Shown: positions 26,757 through 36,033, counted from the stretch's first letter. The stretch: DNA of 64,000 bases from Candidatus Woesearchaeota archaeon (GCA_018696595.1 JABHQW010000008.1:320001-384000); one strand, 5' to 3'. The notes: a model not told the origin generated them from the sequence alone. Translations and numbers: made by a program.

Positions 26757-27545
26757 ATGACAGAAAAAATATACTTCCACAATTCAAAGAAGCAAAAGTT
26801 ATGTGGGGTCCTAGAAGAACCTAAGCAAAGTAAAGAAGAAATTGTTATTCTTGTTCATGGATATAGTTCTAATAAAGAAGGTAAAACAACATCAGACATG
26901 GCTAAAGAATTGACGACAAGAGGGATGAATAGTTTTAGAATTGATTTGGATGGTTGTGGCGAATCAGAAGGATACTTCGCTGAACAGACAGTAACAAGCA
27001 TGGCAGACGATATTGTTTCTGCGATTAAGTTTGTTGAAAGTTTAGGTTACGAGAATATTGATTTAATGGGGGCTAGTGGCGGTGCAATCTCAAGTATGGT
27101 TGCGGTTTTACAATGTCCCCAAATTAGAAAACTAGCATTAAAATCTCCAACATTTGATTATGTTGAACAAAGAAGAAAAAGTTATGGTGAAGAAAAAATA
27201 AAAAAATGGAAAGAGAAAGGCCATTTAATGATTGAAAAAAGTAGAGGCACTTTAAGGGTTGATTACTCCTTCTTTGAAGATGCACACAATCATATTATGT
27301 ATGATAAAGTTAAAAATATTAGTTGTCCTGTTTTGATGATTCATGGTGATGCTGATGAAGTAGTTGATATTAAACAGAGTAAAAAGGCAGTAAATAATTT
27401 TCCTAATGTTAAATTAATTATTTTTCATGGGGCTAATCATAATTTGGGTTTAGATGGAGATCGGTCTCTATCAAATAAACTATTTGCAGATTGGTTGGAA
27501 GGAAAAGAATTAATTGTTTCTGAACCACATTACTTTTACAATTAA
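26757..27545 (+). CDS. Alpha/beta-fold hydrolase
   Basis: VHG, G.GES.G, GASGG nucleophile elbow, HGDADEVV, GANH. Confidence 0.88.
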   Translation: MTEKIYFHNSKKQKLCGVLEEPKQSKEEIVILVHGYSSNKEGKTTSDMAKELTTRGMNSFRIDLDGCGESEGYFAEQTVTSMADDIVSAIKFVESLGYENIDLMGASGGAISSMVAVLQCPQIRKLALKSPTFDYVEQRRKSYGEEKIKKWKEKGHLMIEKSRGTLRVDYSFFEDAHNHIMYDKVKNISCPVLMIHGDADEVVDIKQSKKAVNNFPNVKLIIFHGANHNLGLDGDRSLSNKLFADWLEGKELIVSEPHYFYN

Positions 27546-27591
27546 AACCTGGATAGAAAAAATAAATTAAAAAGAAAAAAATAAAAAAACT

Positions 27592-28488
27592 TTATTCAAC
27601 ACTCTCTTTGATTCTTAGAGTTTCCTGAATAATGTCTCTGTATTTGTAAGAAATTGTTAACCCTAACTGCTTAGTTGCTAAAGTTCCTTCTGGTAACGCT
27701 TCTTTTAACTTACAGATTATTTCTGCTTCGCCGTTAATTAAACGAGCTTCTCCCAACTTGCCACCTTGTTTACATTCCCAATTAATATCATCAATAGCGT
27801 AAGCCACTCTTTCCTGAACTCCAAAGTCGTCTCCTGGCTTAGTTACTTTACCACTGCCAACATTACTTACTTTAATCTTCAAAGCCATAATACCTTTACC
27901 AGCAGTACTTTCTTCCACACTAGTAATTGTAATTGGTGCACCAGAAACAAAATAAGTTTTTGCTCCATCTATTGTACAAACACGGTCGTCAGTTAAATCT
28001 TCTTTTAAACAAACTTCCGGAACGATCAAATAAGTTTCATAATTGTAATCAAAGTTTGCAAACCATTCTCTGTCAATAGCTCCATTAACTGGTTGACTAT
28101 ATTTTGCATCTGAAGAAAATGTTAAAGTTTCTTCTCCACCGATAGTTAAAAGTTCAGAAACAGTTTCAATTGTTCCAGCATTTTTTAATGCTAGTGAAGG
28201 AATTCCTGTGAAGTCCATAGAAGGTCCTTTTAATTCCACAGTAATGTCTCCTGGTTGAATCTCATATTCTCCTTTGTTGTTCAGAGTAACTTCAATAGGA
28301 ATTGTTTCTGCATCAAAAATACTATAAACTCCGTCTTCTACAACTCCGAATGGTTCGAAGGTAGCCATTATTCCTTGTGTTCCGCCAATGAATGCTCCAC
28401 TACCTGCTGTTGTAGTTGTGTCTTCACCATCACATCCTACTAATAGAATTGCACTAATCAATAAAATTGCTAAAATTATTCGTTTCAT
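27592..28488 (-). CDS. Putative lipoprotein, paralog of 423-1295
   Basis: Canonical lipobox LVGC; VCL, SGAPI.IT.VEE, NVGSG.V, C...L....EIIC.L. Confidence 0.75.
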   Translation of the reverse strand: MKRIILAILLISAILLVGCDGEDTTTTAGSGAFIGGTQGIMATFEPFGVVEDGVYSIFDAETIPIEVTLNNKGEYEIQPGDITVELKGPSMDFTGIPSLALKNAGTIETVSELLTIGGEETLTFSSDAKYSQPVNGAIDREWFANFDYNYETYLIVPEVCLKEDLTDDRVCTIDGAKTYFVSGAPITITSVEESTAGKGIMALKIKVSNVGSGKVTKPGDDFGVQERVAYAIDDINWECKQGGKLGEARLINGEAEIICKLKEALPEGTLATKQLGLTISYKYRDIIQETLRIKESVE

Positions 28489-28582
28489 CTTATCTTACCT
28501 CTTTTAATTATAATTATATTGGAAAAGAATATTGACATATATAAAGTTTACTCATTGTCTGTGTAGTCAAGTCTTCTGTGTT

Positions 28583-28708
28583 AGCAAAAGCATTACCGCC
28601 AATGGAGGCACATTTTGTTCATTTTTTATTTAATGAAAAGCACGAAACAACGTGAAGTGGCTAAAATTAATGGACAAAATCTTAGGTGCCGTGCGTAATG
28701 CTTTTGCT
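28583..28708 (+). repeat. Hairpin element family, copy E2 (expanded loop)
   Basis: 14-bp perfect outer stem agcaaaagcattac/gtaatgcttttgct; core cgccaatggaggcacattttg...caaaatcttaggtgccgtg. Confidence 0.8.
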
Positions 28709-28769
28709 CAATTAATTAATATTTAATAGAATTTTAACTTAATGATGCAAACAGCAATTCCATAGAAAT

Positions 28770-29738
28770 TCATTGTCCTAGTGGTGAAGCAACAATTTTA
28801 AGCGGTTGAGTATAAGAGTCAATGTAAGAATAATCAAATTTTACTTGTAAAATTGTTTCATAAGCGTTACTATTGCCAATGTTGTTAGAAGTACAAACAA
28901 TCTTGCCCTGGTTATTTGTTAAACGAACTTTATGATTTAATGGTTTACAGTTTAATGGTGATCCATCATTTAGTGAAACTTCAAACTCAACCACATCTAA
29001 ATCTTTATATTCTAAAGATGCGCCACCACAATTTTGAATGTTTGCCCCATAATCTAAAACTCGGCCACCGCCGTTATTAACAACATTAATTTCAAAGATG
29101 GCTTTATCTCCAATCATATCTACGCCGACATAACTTACTCCTACTGGTGCTCCTTGGCCGCCGCCCATTCCTACATCGTGTGGGATACAAGCTTTCTGTT
29201 CAGAAGTGATTTGATAAAATAAAGGATCAATACAAACTTGCGGATTCGCAGTTGTAGTGTAACGATAACAAGTTAAAAAGTTTAATACTGGATTATATTC
29301 AAAAACATCTGTTGGTAAGTTTACGTTTGGTGAGGTGAACTGAATCACATTAGTTGCTCCTAATGTATTATATACATTTTTTCCTTCCAAAACACCCATG
29401 TTTGCAGCACAAGGGATACTATTTGTAAAACTTCCACTGATTATACTTTTATCAAATCCCGTAACTTGAATATAACAATCAGGAATTTCAATATCATCAT
29501 TTCCTTTATTGTGAACTTCAACCATTGCAATTAATTCATTATCATCATAAATTAAAGCAGGGGGTTGATTTTGAATAATTTGAATTTCTACTCCTTGTGT
29601 TCCAGTTTGAACTGCTGTTAATGCTGCAGCAGTATCTTGTGGTTTTTCTCCTGCTGGAATCGCGCCACCACAAGAACTAAGAAATAAAGCTAGAATCACT
29701 AGTACTGAACATAACGTTAAACTCACACTCTTTTTCAT
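28770..29738 (-). CDS. Putative lipoprotein, paralog of 423-1295
   Basis: True start is the ATG at 29738 (MKKSVSLTLC...LFLSSC, lipobox LSSC); VCIDP, GGQGAPVGV, NNGGGRV; BRE-TATA on the - strand at 29761-29777. Confidence 0.78.
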   Translation of the reverse strand: MKKSVSLTLCSVLVILALFLSSCGGAIPAGEKPQDTAAALTAVQTGTQGVEIQIIQNQPPALIYDDNELIAMVEVHNKGNDDIEIPDCYIQVTGFDKSIISGSFTNSIPCAANMGVLEGKNVYNTLGATNVIQFTSPNVNLPTDVFEYNPVLNFLTCYRYTTTANPQVCIDPLFYQITSEQKACIPHDVGMGGGQGAPVGVSYVGVDMIGDKAIFEINVVNNGGGRVLDYGANIQNCGGASLEYKDLDVVEFEVSLNDGSPLNCKPLNHKVRLTNNQGKIVCTSNNIGNSNAYETILQVKFDYSYIDSYTQPLKIVASPLGQ

Positions 29739-29799
29739 AATTCTAAATAAAAGAAATTGATTATATAAGCTTTTCGCTGTCTTGAACTGAAATTTTAAT

Positions 29800-29979
29800 G
29801 GACTACGTTCGGAATAGAAGACATTTGTATACTGCGTGCCGGCGCGTGGATTTTGTGAGTAGCGCCAAATGAGGCACATTTTTTGACTAAAAGTCAAAAA
29901 ATCTCGGGTGCCGTGTCCTACTCGCAAAATGCGCCTATTGCAGGCAGTATACAAAATAGTGTTATTCCGAACGTAGCCC
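29800..29979. repeat. 180-nt nested near-palindrome: + strand copy E3 (29856-29924) inside the loop of - strand copy E4 (29823-29957), within a further outer stem
   Basis: Stems ggactacgttcggaata/tattccgaacgtagccc; tttgtatactgc/gcagtatacaaa; ggcgc/gcgcc; attttgtgagtag/ctactcgcaaaat; ggcac/gtgcc; attttttgact/agtcaaaaaat. Confidence 0.82.
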
Positions 29980-30046
29980 TCTGCAATGAAAACAATTATA
30001 AAGAGAAGTCTGTTTTTCCTGCTCAGTCAAATGGGAGGATAGCAAA

Positions 30047-30283
30047 ATGGCAAAATTCAAAATATTACACTTTAAAGAAGAATGTATCAGTTGTGGTGCT
30101 TGTGCAGCGATTTGTCCAGAATTCTGGGAAATGGATGGCGAAGGAATGGCACAATTAAAAGAATCTAAACAAGTTGGGGATCATTGGGAGAGAATCATTG
30201 ATACAGAAGATGCACGGTCAAGAAATCAAGAAGCGGTTGATGCTTGTCCAGTTACAGTAATAAAGTTAGAAGAATTAGAATAA
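30047..30283 (+). CDS. Single-cluster ferredoxin
   Basis: CISCGACAAICP and a distal ACP. Confidence 0.9.
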   Translation: MAKFKILHFKEECISCGACAAICPEFWEMDGEGMAQLKESKQVGDHWERIIDTEDARSRNQEAVDACPVTVIKLEELE

Positions 30284-30317
30284 TTTTTAAACTCTTTCTT
30301 ATTTATTATATTTAATT

Positions 30318-30794
30318 ATGCAAAAGCTAATAATCTTAAATACCAGAAAAGTTAAGAAAATCAAAGAAATTCTTATCAAACAGTTTGGTTTCTTTCCTAA
30401 ACATGATTATGCTTTCTTACAGAATGAGAAAAATCGTATTTTTATGGTTAACAAGGATTTTGGAAGAATCGATCTAGATAAGCTTAGAATTGATCGATTT
30501 GGGCTTTATTTCGCCGAACATAAAGATAATCATGTCCGCTTAAGTAAAGAAGGGGCACAATTCTTGGCCAGAATGGCTAAAGAAGAGAAGAAGGAACTTG
30601 AGAATGTTTTTGAGCTAGACGAACCTGAAATGAGAACATATTTTAAAGGCCAAGATCTAATTAAAGACCTGGGTTCAGAGGCAAGGTTAATTTTGCTAAA
30701 ATACAAAAAAGACATCTTTGGGTGTGCTAAATATAAAGAAGGAAAGATTCTCAATTTTCTTCCAAAAATCCATCGGGGAGAAGTAATTCTTTAA
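30318..30794 (+). CDS. PUA-like RNA-binding protein (NIP7/RsmF C-terminal-like)
   Basis: RIDRFGLYF, RLSKEGAQ, YFKGQDL, FGCAK...KILNFLPK. Confidence 0.6.
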   Translation: MQKLIILNTRKVKKIKEILIKQFGFFPKHDYAFLQNEKNRIFMVNKDFGRIDLDKLRIDRFGLYFAEHKDNHVRLSKEGAQFLARMAKEEKKELENVFELDEPEMRTYFKGQDLIKDLGSEARLILLKYKKDIFGCAKYKEGKILNFLPKIHRGEVIL

Positions 30795-30842
30795 ATTTTA
30801 AGCTTATTCTAAATTTATTAATCACTTATTAGTAGAAATTAT

Positions 30843-30883
30843 CGAAAGGTTTATAAGTGTGTTGTCATCTAACAGTAGAAAAT
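30843..30883 (+). promoter_or_regulatory. BRE-TATA promoter with downstream AGTAGAAAAT, shared with 47020-47060
   Basis: cgaaaggtttataagtgtgttgtcatctaacagtagaaaat. Confidence 0.55.
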
Positions 30884-30902
30884 CGCGATAAATAAAATAA
30901 AA

Positions 30903-32741
30903 ATGGAGAAAAATAAAATGATGGCCAAAAATATATTAACAAGTTTGTTGTTAGGTGTATTGTTTTTAGGTTTGTTTAGTTTTACTGGTTTAGCTAATCC
31001 TCAGGAAAGTTTGTCTGCTGATTTAGCTAATCTGGAAAACAGTTTTGAACAAGCAGAAAGCGAATATCAACAGCTAACAAATGAGTATGCTCAGTTAGAA
31101 GTTAGTAATAAAGAAGAAATTAAAAGTTTACTAAATTCTTTAGTTCTTATTAGAAAATCTACTGAAGATGTTAAAAAAACATCAGTAGCAAAAGAATTTG
31201 ATGCTATTGGTATAGACCAAACATTAAAACTAAAATTTAATGATTTAGTTGTTAAGTCTGACGCATTAATTGTAAAGATTATTTCTTTTGAAGAACAATT
31301 AGTTAAAGATATGAATGCTTTTTTGTTACAAGAATTAACAAGTCAATATGATTCTTTCGTAGAAAAGAAAGAAGAAATTCATAAAAAAATAGTTCTTGAC
31401 GTTTTCTTTTACCTTAAAGAAGCAGAAAAAGGAGAATTAAGCTTTGAAAAAGGAATAGAAACCGTGGATAATGCTGAAATGATTATGGAAATGATTGTTT
31501 CATTACATAAAGAGATTAGTTCTAGTTTAGAAGATGTTTCTGAAGATTTAGCAGAACAAGAAGTTGTAGAGAAAACAGAAGCCTTGGTAACTTTAATGGA
31601 AGGGTATGGTTCTGCAGTTATGGAGTACAAATCACAACTTAATAGCTATGTTTCGCAGATAGTTAATGAAGATGATTTAAACCATGTTCTGGATGACTTC
31701 ACAGTTCTCGCTGAAAACTTAGCAGAAGAATCTTTAAGTTTAAAAGAAGAAGTTGAAACAGCAATAGGAGAAACTGTTGTTGATGAAGAAGTTTTAAATG
31801 GACTTGTTGAAAAAGTTGAGTCTTATCAAGATAATGTGGACGACTTAAGTACAGACTTTGGTTCTTACTTTAACTTAGTTAAGTCTTTTGATGATAAAAC
31901 AGTCTATGGCCATTTTTACTCTTTTTATTACGGAGAAATTAAGGATTTATACGTGCAAGGACAAATGTTGGAGAAATCCTTAGATGAATACATGAATCCA
32001 GTAGATCCAGTAGACCCTGTTGACCCTGTTGACCCAGTAGACCCAGTTGATCCGGAAGATACTGATGCAGACGGTGTTTTAAACGCAGATGACAATTGTC
32101 CTCTAGTTGCGAACGCTGAGCAAGTAGATACAGACGCAGATGGTTTAGGAGATGCTTGTGATAGTGCCGATGGTACAGATCCAGTTGATCCAGTTGATCC
32201 AGATAAGACTTCAGAAGAATTGAAGTATGAAGAATACGATCAGGATTTTGAAAACATCGAAGATGACTACTTTTACTACAAGAAAAAGTATGAAAACGCT
32301 GTAGATGATGACAATGAAAACAAGATTGAGAAATACGAAGACAAGTTAAAAGACCTTGATGAAGACCTTGAGAACTTAGAAGAAGACGTTGAAGATTTAA
32401 TTGAGACTCTTGAAGATGAAGATGAACTTGATGAAAGTTTATTAGATGACTTAGATAAGTTAGATGAAGACATTGAAGATCTAAGAGAAAAAATCGACAA
32501 GGTTCTTAATGGTGACAGTGACTCAGATGGTTACGGAACTTTAAGTACTTTTACTCCTTCAAACAGTGTTGTTGACGACAATGTAGTAATTGAACCATTA
32601 AGCATTCAAGGTTTAACAACTGCAGATTCTGGAGTACAAACAGATGACTGGAGTCAAGTAAGATTCATTGCTTGGGTTATCGGCGGAATCGTAATCTTGT
32701 TAGCTGTAGTGTTATTTTTGTTAGCACTATTGTTGAAGTAA
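30903..32741 (+). CDS. Cell-surface protein: signal peptide, coiled coil, DPV linker, thrombospondin type-3-like Ca-binding repeats, acidic coiled coil, C-terminal TM anchor
   Basis: DTDADGVLNADDNCPLVANAEQVDTDADGLGDACD; FIAWVIGGIVILLAVVLFLLALLLK tail. Confidence 0.8.
   Translation: MEKNKMMAKNILTSLLLGVLFLGLFSFTGLANPQESLSADLANLENSFEQAESEYQQLTNEYAQLEVSNKEEIKSLLNSLVLIRKSTEDVKKTSVAKEFDAIGIDQTLKLKFNDLVVKSDALIVKIISFEEQLVKDMNAFLLQELTSQYDSFVEKKEEIHKKIVLDVFFYLKEAEKGELSFEKGIETVDNAEMIMEMIVSLHKEISSSLEDVSEDLAEQEVVEKTEALVTLMEGYGSAVMEYKSQLNSYVSQIVNEDDLNHVLDDFTVLAENLAEESLSLKEEVETAIGETVVDEEVLNGLVEKVESYQDNVDDLSTDFGSYFNLVKSFDDKTVYGHFYSFYYGEIKDLYVQGQMLEKSLDEYMNPVDPVDPVDPVDPVDPVDPEDTDADGVLNADDNCPLVANAEQVDTDADGLGDACDSADGTDPVDPVDPDKTSEELKYEEYDQDFENIEDDYFYYKKKYENAVDDDNENKIEKYEDKLKDLDEDLENLEEDVEDLIETLEDEDELDESLLDDLDKLDEDIEDLREKIDKVLNGDSDSDGYGTLSTFTPSNSVVDDNVVIEPLSIQGLTTADSGVQTDDWSQVRFIAWVIGGIVILLAVVLFLLALLLK
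31995..32060 (+). repeat. 9-nt coding tandem repeat (DPV)n
   Basis: NPVDPVDPVDPVDPVDPVDPED with synonymous codon variation; a shorter second array lies near 32137. Confidence 0.85.
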
Positions 32742-32785
32742 ATAAGAAAACTTTTTTCTTTTTTTAACTTTTTTTTCTAATTTTT

Positions 32786-33010
32786 TTAAAAGACGTCTTC
32801 AATTGGTTTTTTTCCTTTAAGTTGTTTTGCAGCAGTCTTAGCTTGTTTTTGTAAGTCTACGCCTAAGTTCTTAAGTTCCTTAACATGCATTTGCATTAAC
32901 TGTTCAACTATTTGTAGGATACGCATCATTTCTTCTCTTTCTTTAGCTAGAGTTGATAAGCTTCCTTTATGAAAACCAATTTGTTCATCATTAGATTCTT
33001 TTTTTGCCAT
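32786..33010 (-). CDS. Small coiled-coil hypothetical protein
   Basis: MAKKESNDEQIGFHKGSLSTLAKEREEM...; start set at the ATG at 33010. Confidence 0.65.
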   Translation of the reverse strand: MAKKESNDEQIGFHKGSLSTLAKEREEMMRILQIVEQLMQMHVKELKNLGVDLQKQAKTAAKQLKGKKPIEDVF

Positions 33011-33105
33011 GTTGCTCAATATCATTGTTCAGTTTATAATATTTTTGCTTTCAACTTCGCTAACATCAAAACCTTTAAATAATATCCACTAATTTAAAGC
33101 AAAAG

Positions 33106-33993
33106 ATGAAAAACAAGATCAAGAACATATATGAGAACAAGTACAAGATCTTACTAATCATTCCATTCTTATTATTAGTCTTAGCTTTAGTCCAAATTGG
33201 TTTACAAGCTACGATGACTGATAGTTTTGTGAATAAAGGTATCACCTTAAAGGGTGGATCTACAGTAACTATTGAGAATGAGTTTAATATTGATTCCGAA
33301 AATTTAGAATTATTCTTACAAGGAAAATTTGATAAAGCAGATATCGCAGTAAGAACAATTACTTCTGCAGGACAAGTTGTTGCAGTTGCAATAGATTCTG
33401 ATGCTCAAGAAACTGCAGAAATTGACAATGTAGTTAATGCAGTAAAAGAGAAATATCCCTCAATAACTAAAGCTGATTATAGTATTGAAGTTATGGGTGC
33501 TGCTTTAGGTAAGAGTTTCTTTAAACAAACATTTATTGCTTTAATCATTGCATTTATTCTAATGGGTTTCGTAGTTCTAGTTTACTTTAGAACTTTTGTT
33601 CCAAGTTTAGCAGTTATCTTGGCTGCATTATCTGACATCGTTGTTACATTAGCAATCTTTAATCTAACTGGTATGAAGTTAAGCACAGCAGGAATTGCGG
33701 CTTTCTTAATGTTGATTGGTTATTCTGTTGACACGGACATTCTGTTAAGTAGTAGATTACTAAAAAGAAAAGAAGGTAGTGTTATGGATCGAGTTTATGG
33801 AGCAATGAAAACTGGCTTTACTATGAGCACTACGACTTTAGTTGCTATTACTGTGGCTTTAATTTTTGTTCAAAGTGAAGTTGTTAAACAAATTATGATT
33901 ATCTTATTCATTGGTTTATTAGTGGACTTAGTTATGACTTGGATTCAGAACGTAGGGATCTTAAGGTTGTATTTAGAACGGAAGAAAAAATAA
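33106..33993 (+). CDS. secF: Protein-export membrane protein SecF
   Basis: GITLKGG, IAAFLMLIGYSVDTDILL; six TM helices. Confidence 0.92.
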   Translation: MKNKIKNIYENKYKILLIIPFLLLVLALVQIGLQATMTDSFVNKGITLKGGSTVTIENEFNIDSENLELFLQGKFDKADIAVRTITSAGQVVAVAIDSDAQETAEIDNVVNAVKEKYPSITKADYSIEVMGAALGKSFFKQTFIALIIAFILMGFVVLVYFRTFVPSLAVILAALSDIVVTLAIFNLTGMKLSTAGIAAFLMLIGYSVDTDILLSSRLLKRKEGSVMDRVYGAMKTGFTMSTTTLVAITVALIFVQSEVVKQIMIILFIGLLVDLVMTWIQNVGILRLYLERKKK

Positions 33994-33994
33994 A

Positions 33995-35578
33995 ATGAAG
34001 TACAAACTAAAAGGTATATTTACCAATTGGAGAGTAATTTTCCTAATCATTTTTCTAATCTTTTCAGTCTTTGCAATTAAGCCACAAATACTTGGCAATG
34101 AAGGAGTAGCAATTAAGAACATTGCCCAAAACTCTTCAGCAGAATTTGCAGGGTTGGAAAGTCCTTCATCCAACTTACCGCCGTTATCAAAAGAAAGAAT
34201 TTTAAGCATTAATGGTGAAACTGTAAAAAGTCCTGACAATTATTATGAAATAGTTTCTGCATTAAAAGAAGACAGAACTGTTATTGTTAAAACAAACAAA
34301 GGCAAGTATGATTTATTAACAAAAACTAATGAAGCAGGAGTTGTTGATTTGGGAATGACTGTTTTTGAAATTCCTTCCTCTAATCTGAAGAAAGGTTTAG
34401 ATTTAGAAGGTGGAACTAGAGTTTTATTAAAACCTGAAGGGGAAGTTTCTGAAGAAGATTTAGAAACAACTCTTGACAATTTAAAAGAAAGATTAAACGC
34501 TTATGGGTTGAGTGATGTTGTTATTAGAACAGTTTCTGATTTGGAAGGAGACGATTATATTTTAATTGAAATTGCTGGTGGTAACGAAGGAGATGTTGAA
34601 CAGCTTAAAGAACAAGGAAAATTTGAGGCTAAGATCGGTAACAGTACTGTTTTCTTTGGTGGTAAGAAAGATATAACCTATGTTTGTAAAAGTACTGACT
34701 GTTCTGGAATTGATCCCAGAGTGGGTTGTTATGAAGTTACTGAAGGTTATGCTTGTGGTTTTTATTTTGGAATTACTTTAACTGAAGAAGCAGCTGAAAG
34801 GCAGGCTAAAGCAACAGATCTGTTAACTGTTTTAACTGGTGAAAGTGGTGGCACTTACCTAAGTGATGATATTGTTCTTTACTTAGATGATAATGAAGTT
34901 GATCGGTTAAGAATTGGTGCTGATCTTAAAGGAAAAGCTACAACCAATATCCAAATCTCTGGTTCTGGTTCTGGTCCTACTGAAATTGATGCATTAAATA
35001 ATGCTTTAGATAACATGAAGCGGTTACAAACAATTATTATTACTGGGAGTCTTCCTGTAAAATTAAACATTGTTAAGATGGATAACATTTCTCCATCTTT
35101 AGGGAAAGAATTTCTGAACAACATTATTTTTGTTGGATTATTAGCAATCCTGGCAGTTGTTACTGTTGTTCTAATCAGATACAGAAAAATAAAAGTTGTT
35201 ATCCCAATGGTTCTGACTATGGTTTCTGAGATTGTATTGATTCTCGGATTTGCTGCCCTTGTTGGATGGAACTTAGATTTGGCAGCGATTGCTGGTATTA
35301 TTATTGTTGCTGGTACGGGGGTCGATCATTTGATTGTTATTACAGATGAAACTCTTAAGGGAGAAGTAATCTCAGATTGGAAAAAGAGAATTAAAAATGC
35401 AATGTTTATTGTTGTTGGTGCTTATTTAACAACCTGTGCTGGTATGTTGCCGTTATGGTTTGCAGGCGCAGGATTATTGAAAGGTTTTGCTTTTACTACA
35501 ATTATTGGGATCTCTTTTGGGGTTCTAATTGCTAGACCTGCTTATGCAACAATGATTGAACATTTATTGAAAGATTAA
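33995..35578 (+). CDS. secD: Protein-export membrane protein SecD with an N-terminal PDZ-like insertion
   Basis: KKGLDLEGG, ERLNAYGLSD, GSLPV, ISPSLG, DLAAIAGII...GTGVDH. Confidence 0.92.
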   Translation: MKYKLKGIFTNWRVIFLIIFLIFSVFAIKPQILGNEGVAIKNIAQNSSAEFAGLESPSSNLPPLSKERILSINGETVKSPDNYYEIVSALKEDRTVIVKTNKGKYDLLTKTNEAGVVDLGMTVFEIPSSNLKKGLDLEGGTRVLLKPEGEVSEEDLETTLDNLKERLNAYGLSDVVIRTVSDLEGDDYILIEIAGGNEGDVEQLKEQGKFEAKIGNSTVFFGGKKDITYVCKSTDCSGIDPRVGCYEVTEGYACGFYFGITLTEEAAERQAKATDLLTVLTGESGGTYLSDDIVLYLDDNEVDRLRIGADLKGKATTNIQISGSGSGPTEIDALNNALDNMKRLQTIIITGSLPVKLNIVKMDNISPSLGKEFLNNIIFVGLLAILAVVTVVLIRYRKIKVVIPMVLTMVSEIVLILGFAALVGWNLDLAAIAGIIIVAGTGVDHLIVITDETLKGEVISDWKKRIKNAMFIVVGAYLTTCAGMLPLWFAGAGLLKGFAFTTIIGISFGVLIARPAYATMIEHLLKD

Positions 35579-35634
35579 ATTCTTAATACTTATTTCATCA
35601 ATTTTATAAATGGACAATTTCTCAAGAGTTTAAG

Positions 35635-36033
35635 ATGAATAAAGGAACTTCCACGATAGCAATCGTTTTAATGGTACTCTGTACTATTTTCACATCTGCT
35701 GGACAAATTCTTTGGAAATTAGGAGTTATGAATGTAAACCTTGATAATCTAATTACTCTTTTTAATTTACCATTTATTTTGGGATTTGTTTCTTATGGGT
35801 TCGGATTTGTTCTAATGTTACTAGCTTTCAGATATGGGGAACTGAGCATCTTATATCCAATTGTGGCAACGAGTTATGTGTGGGTCAGTTTAATCTCCCC
35901 TTGGTTGTTCCCCGGCGATTTTATGAATATTTGGAAGTGGGTTGGAGTGACAGTAATTCTGGTTTCCGTTAGTTTGTTAGGGATCAGAGAAAAACCAAAA
36001 AGAAAAGTTTGTCGAGGTGTTAATTGTGGTTAA
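35635..36033 (+). CDS. Small DMT/EamA-like four-TM transporter (ArnE/F- or SMR-like)
   Basis: AGQILWK, GELSILYPI.ATSYVW, KW.GV. Confidence 0.8.
   Translation: MNKGTSTIAIVLMVLCTIFTSAGQILWKLGVMNVNLDNLITLFNLPFILGFVSYGFGFVLMLLAFRYGELSILYPIVATSYVWVSLISPWLFPGDFMNIWKWVGVTVILVSVSLLGIREKPKRKVCRGVNCG

Noticed and set aside
29739-30158. N-terminal extension of ORF 28770..29954 and ORF 29883..30158
   Set aside because: Both run through the GC-rich nested palindrome. The real lipoprotein start is at 29738 with its own promoter, and the second ORF overlaps the ferredoxin out of frame.
31995-32060. Short tandem repeats (also 49298-49630) as a possible CRISPR array
   Set aside because: They are in-frame coding repeats with synonymous variation and no unique spacers; no cas genes were seen.
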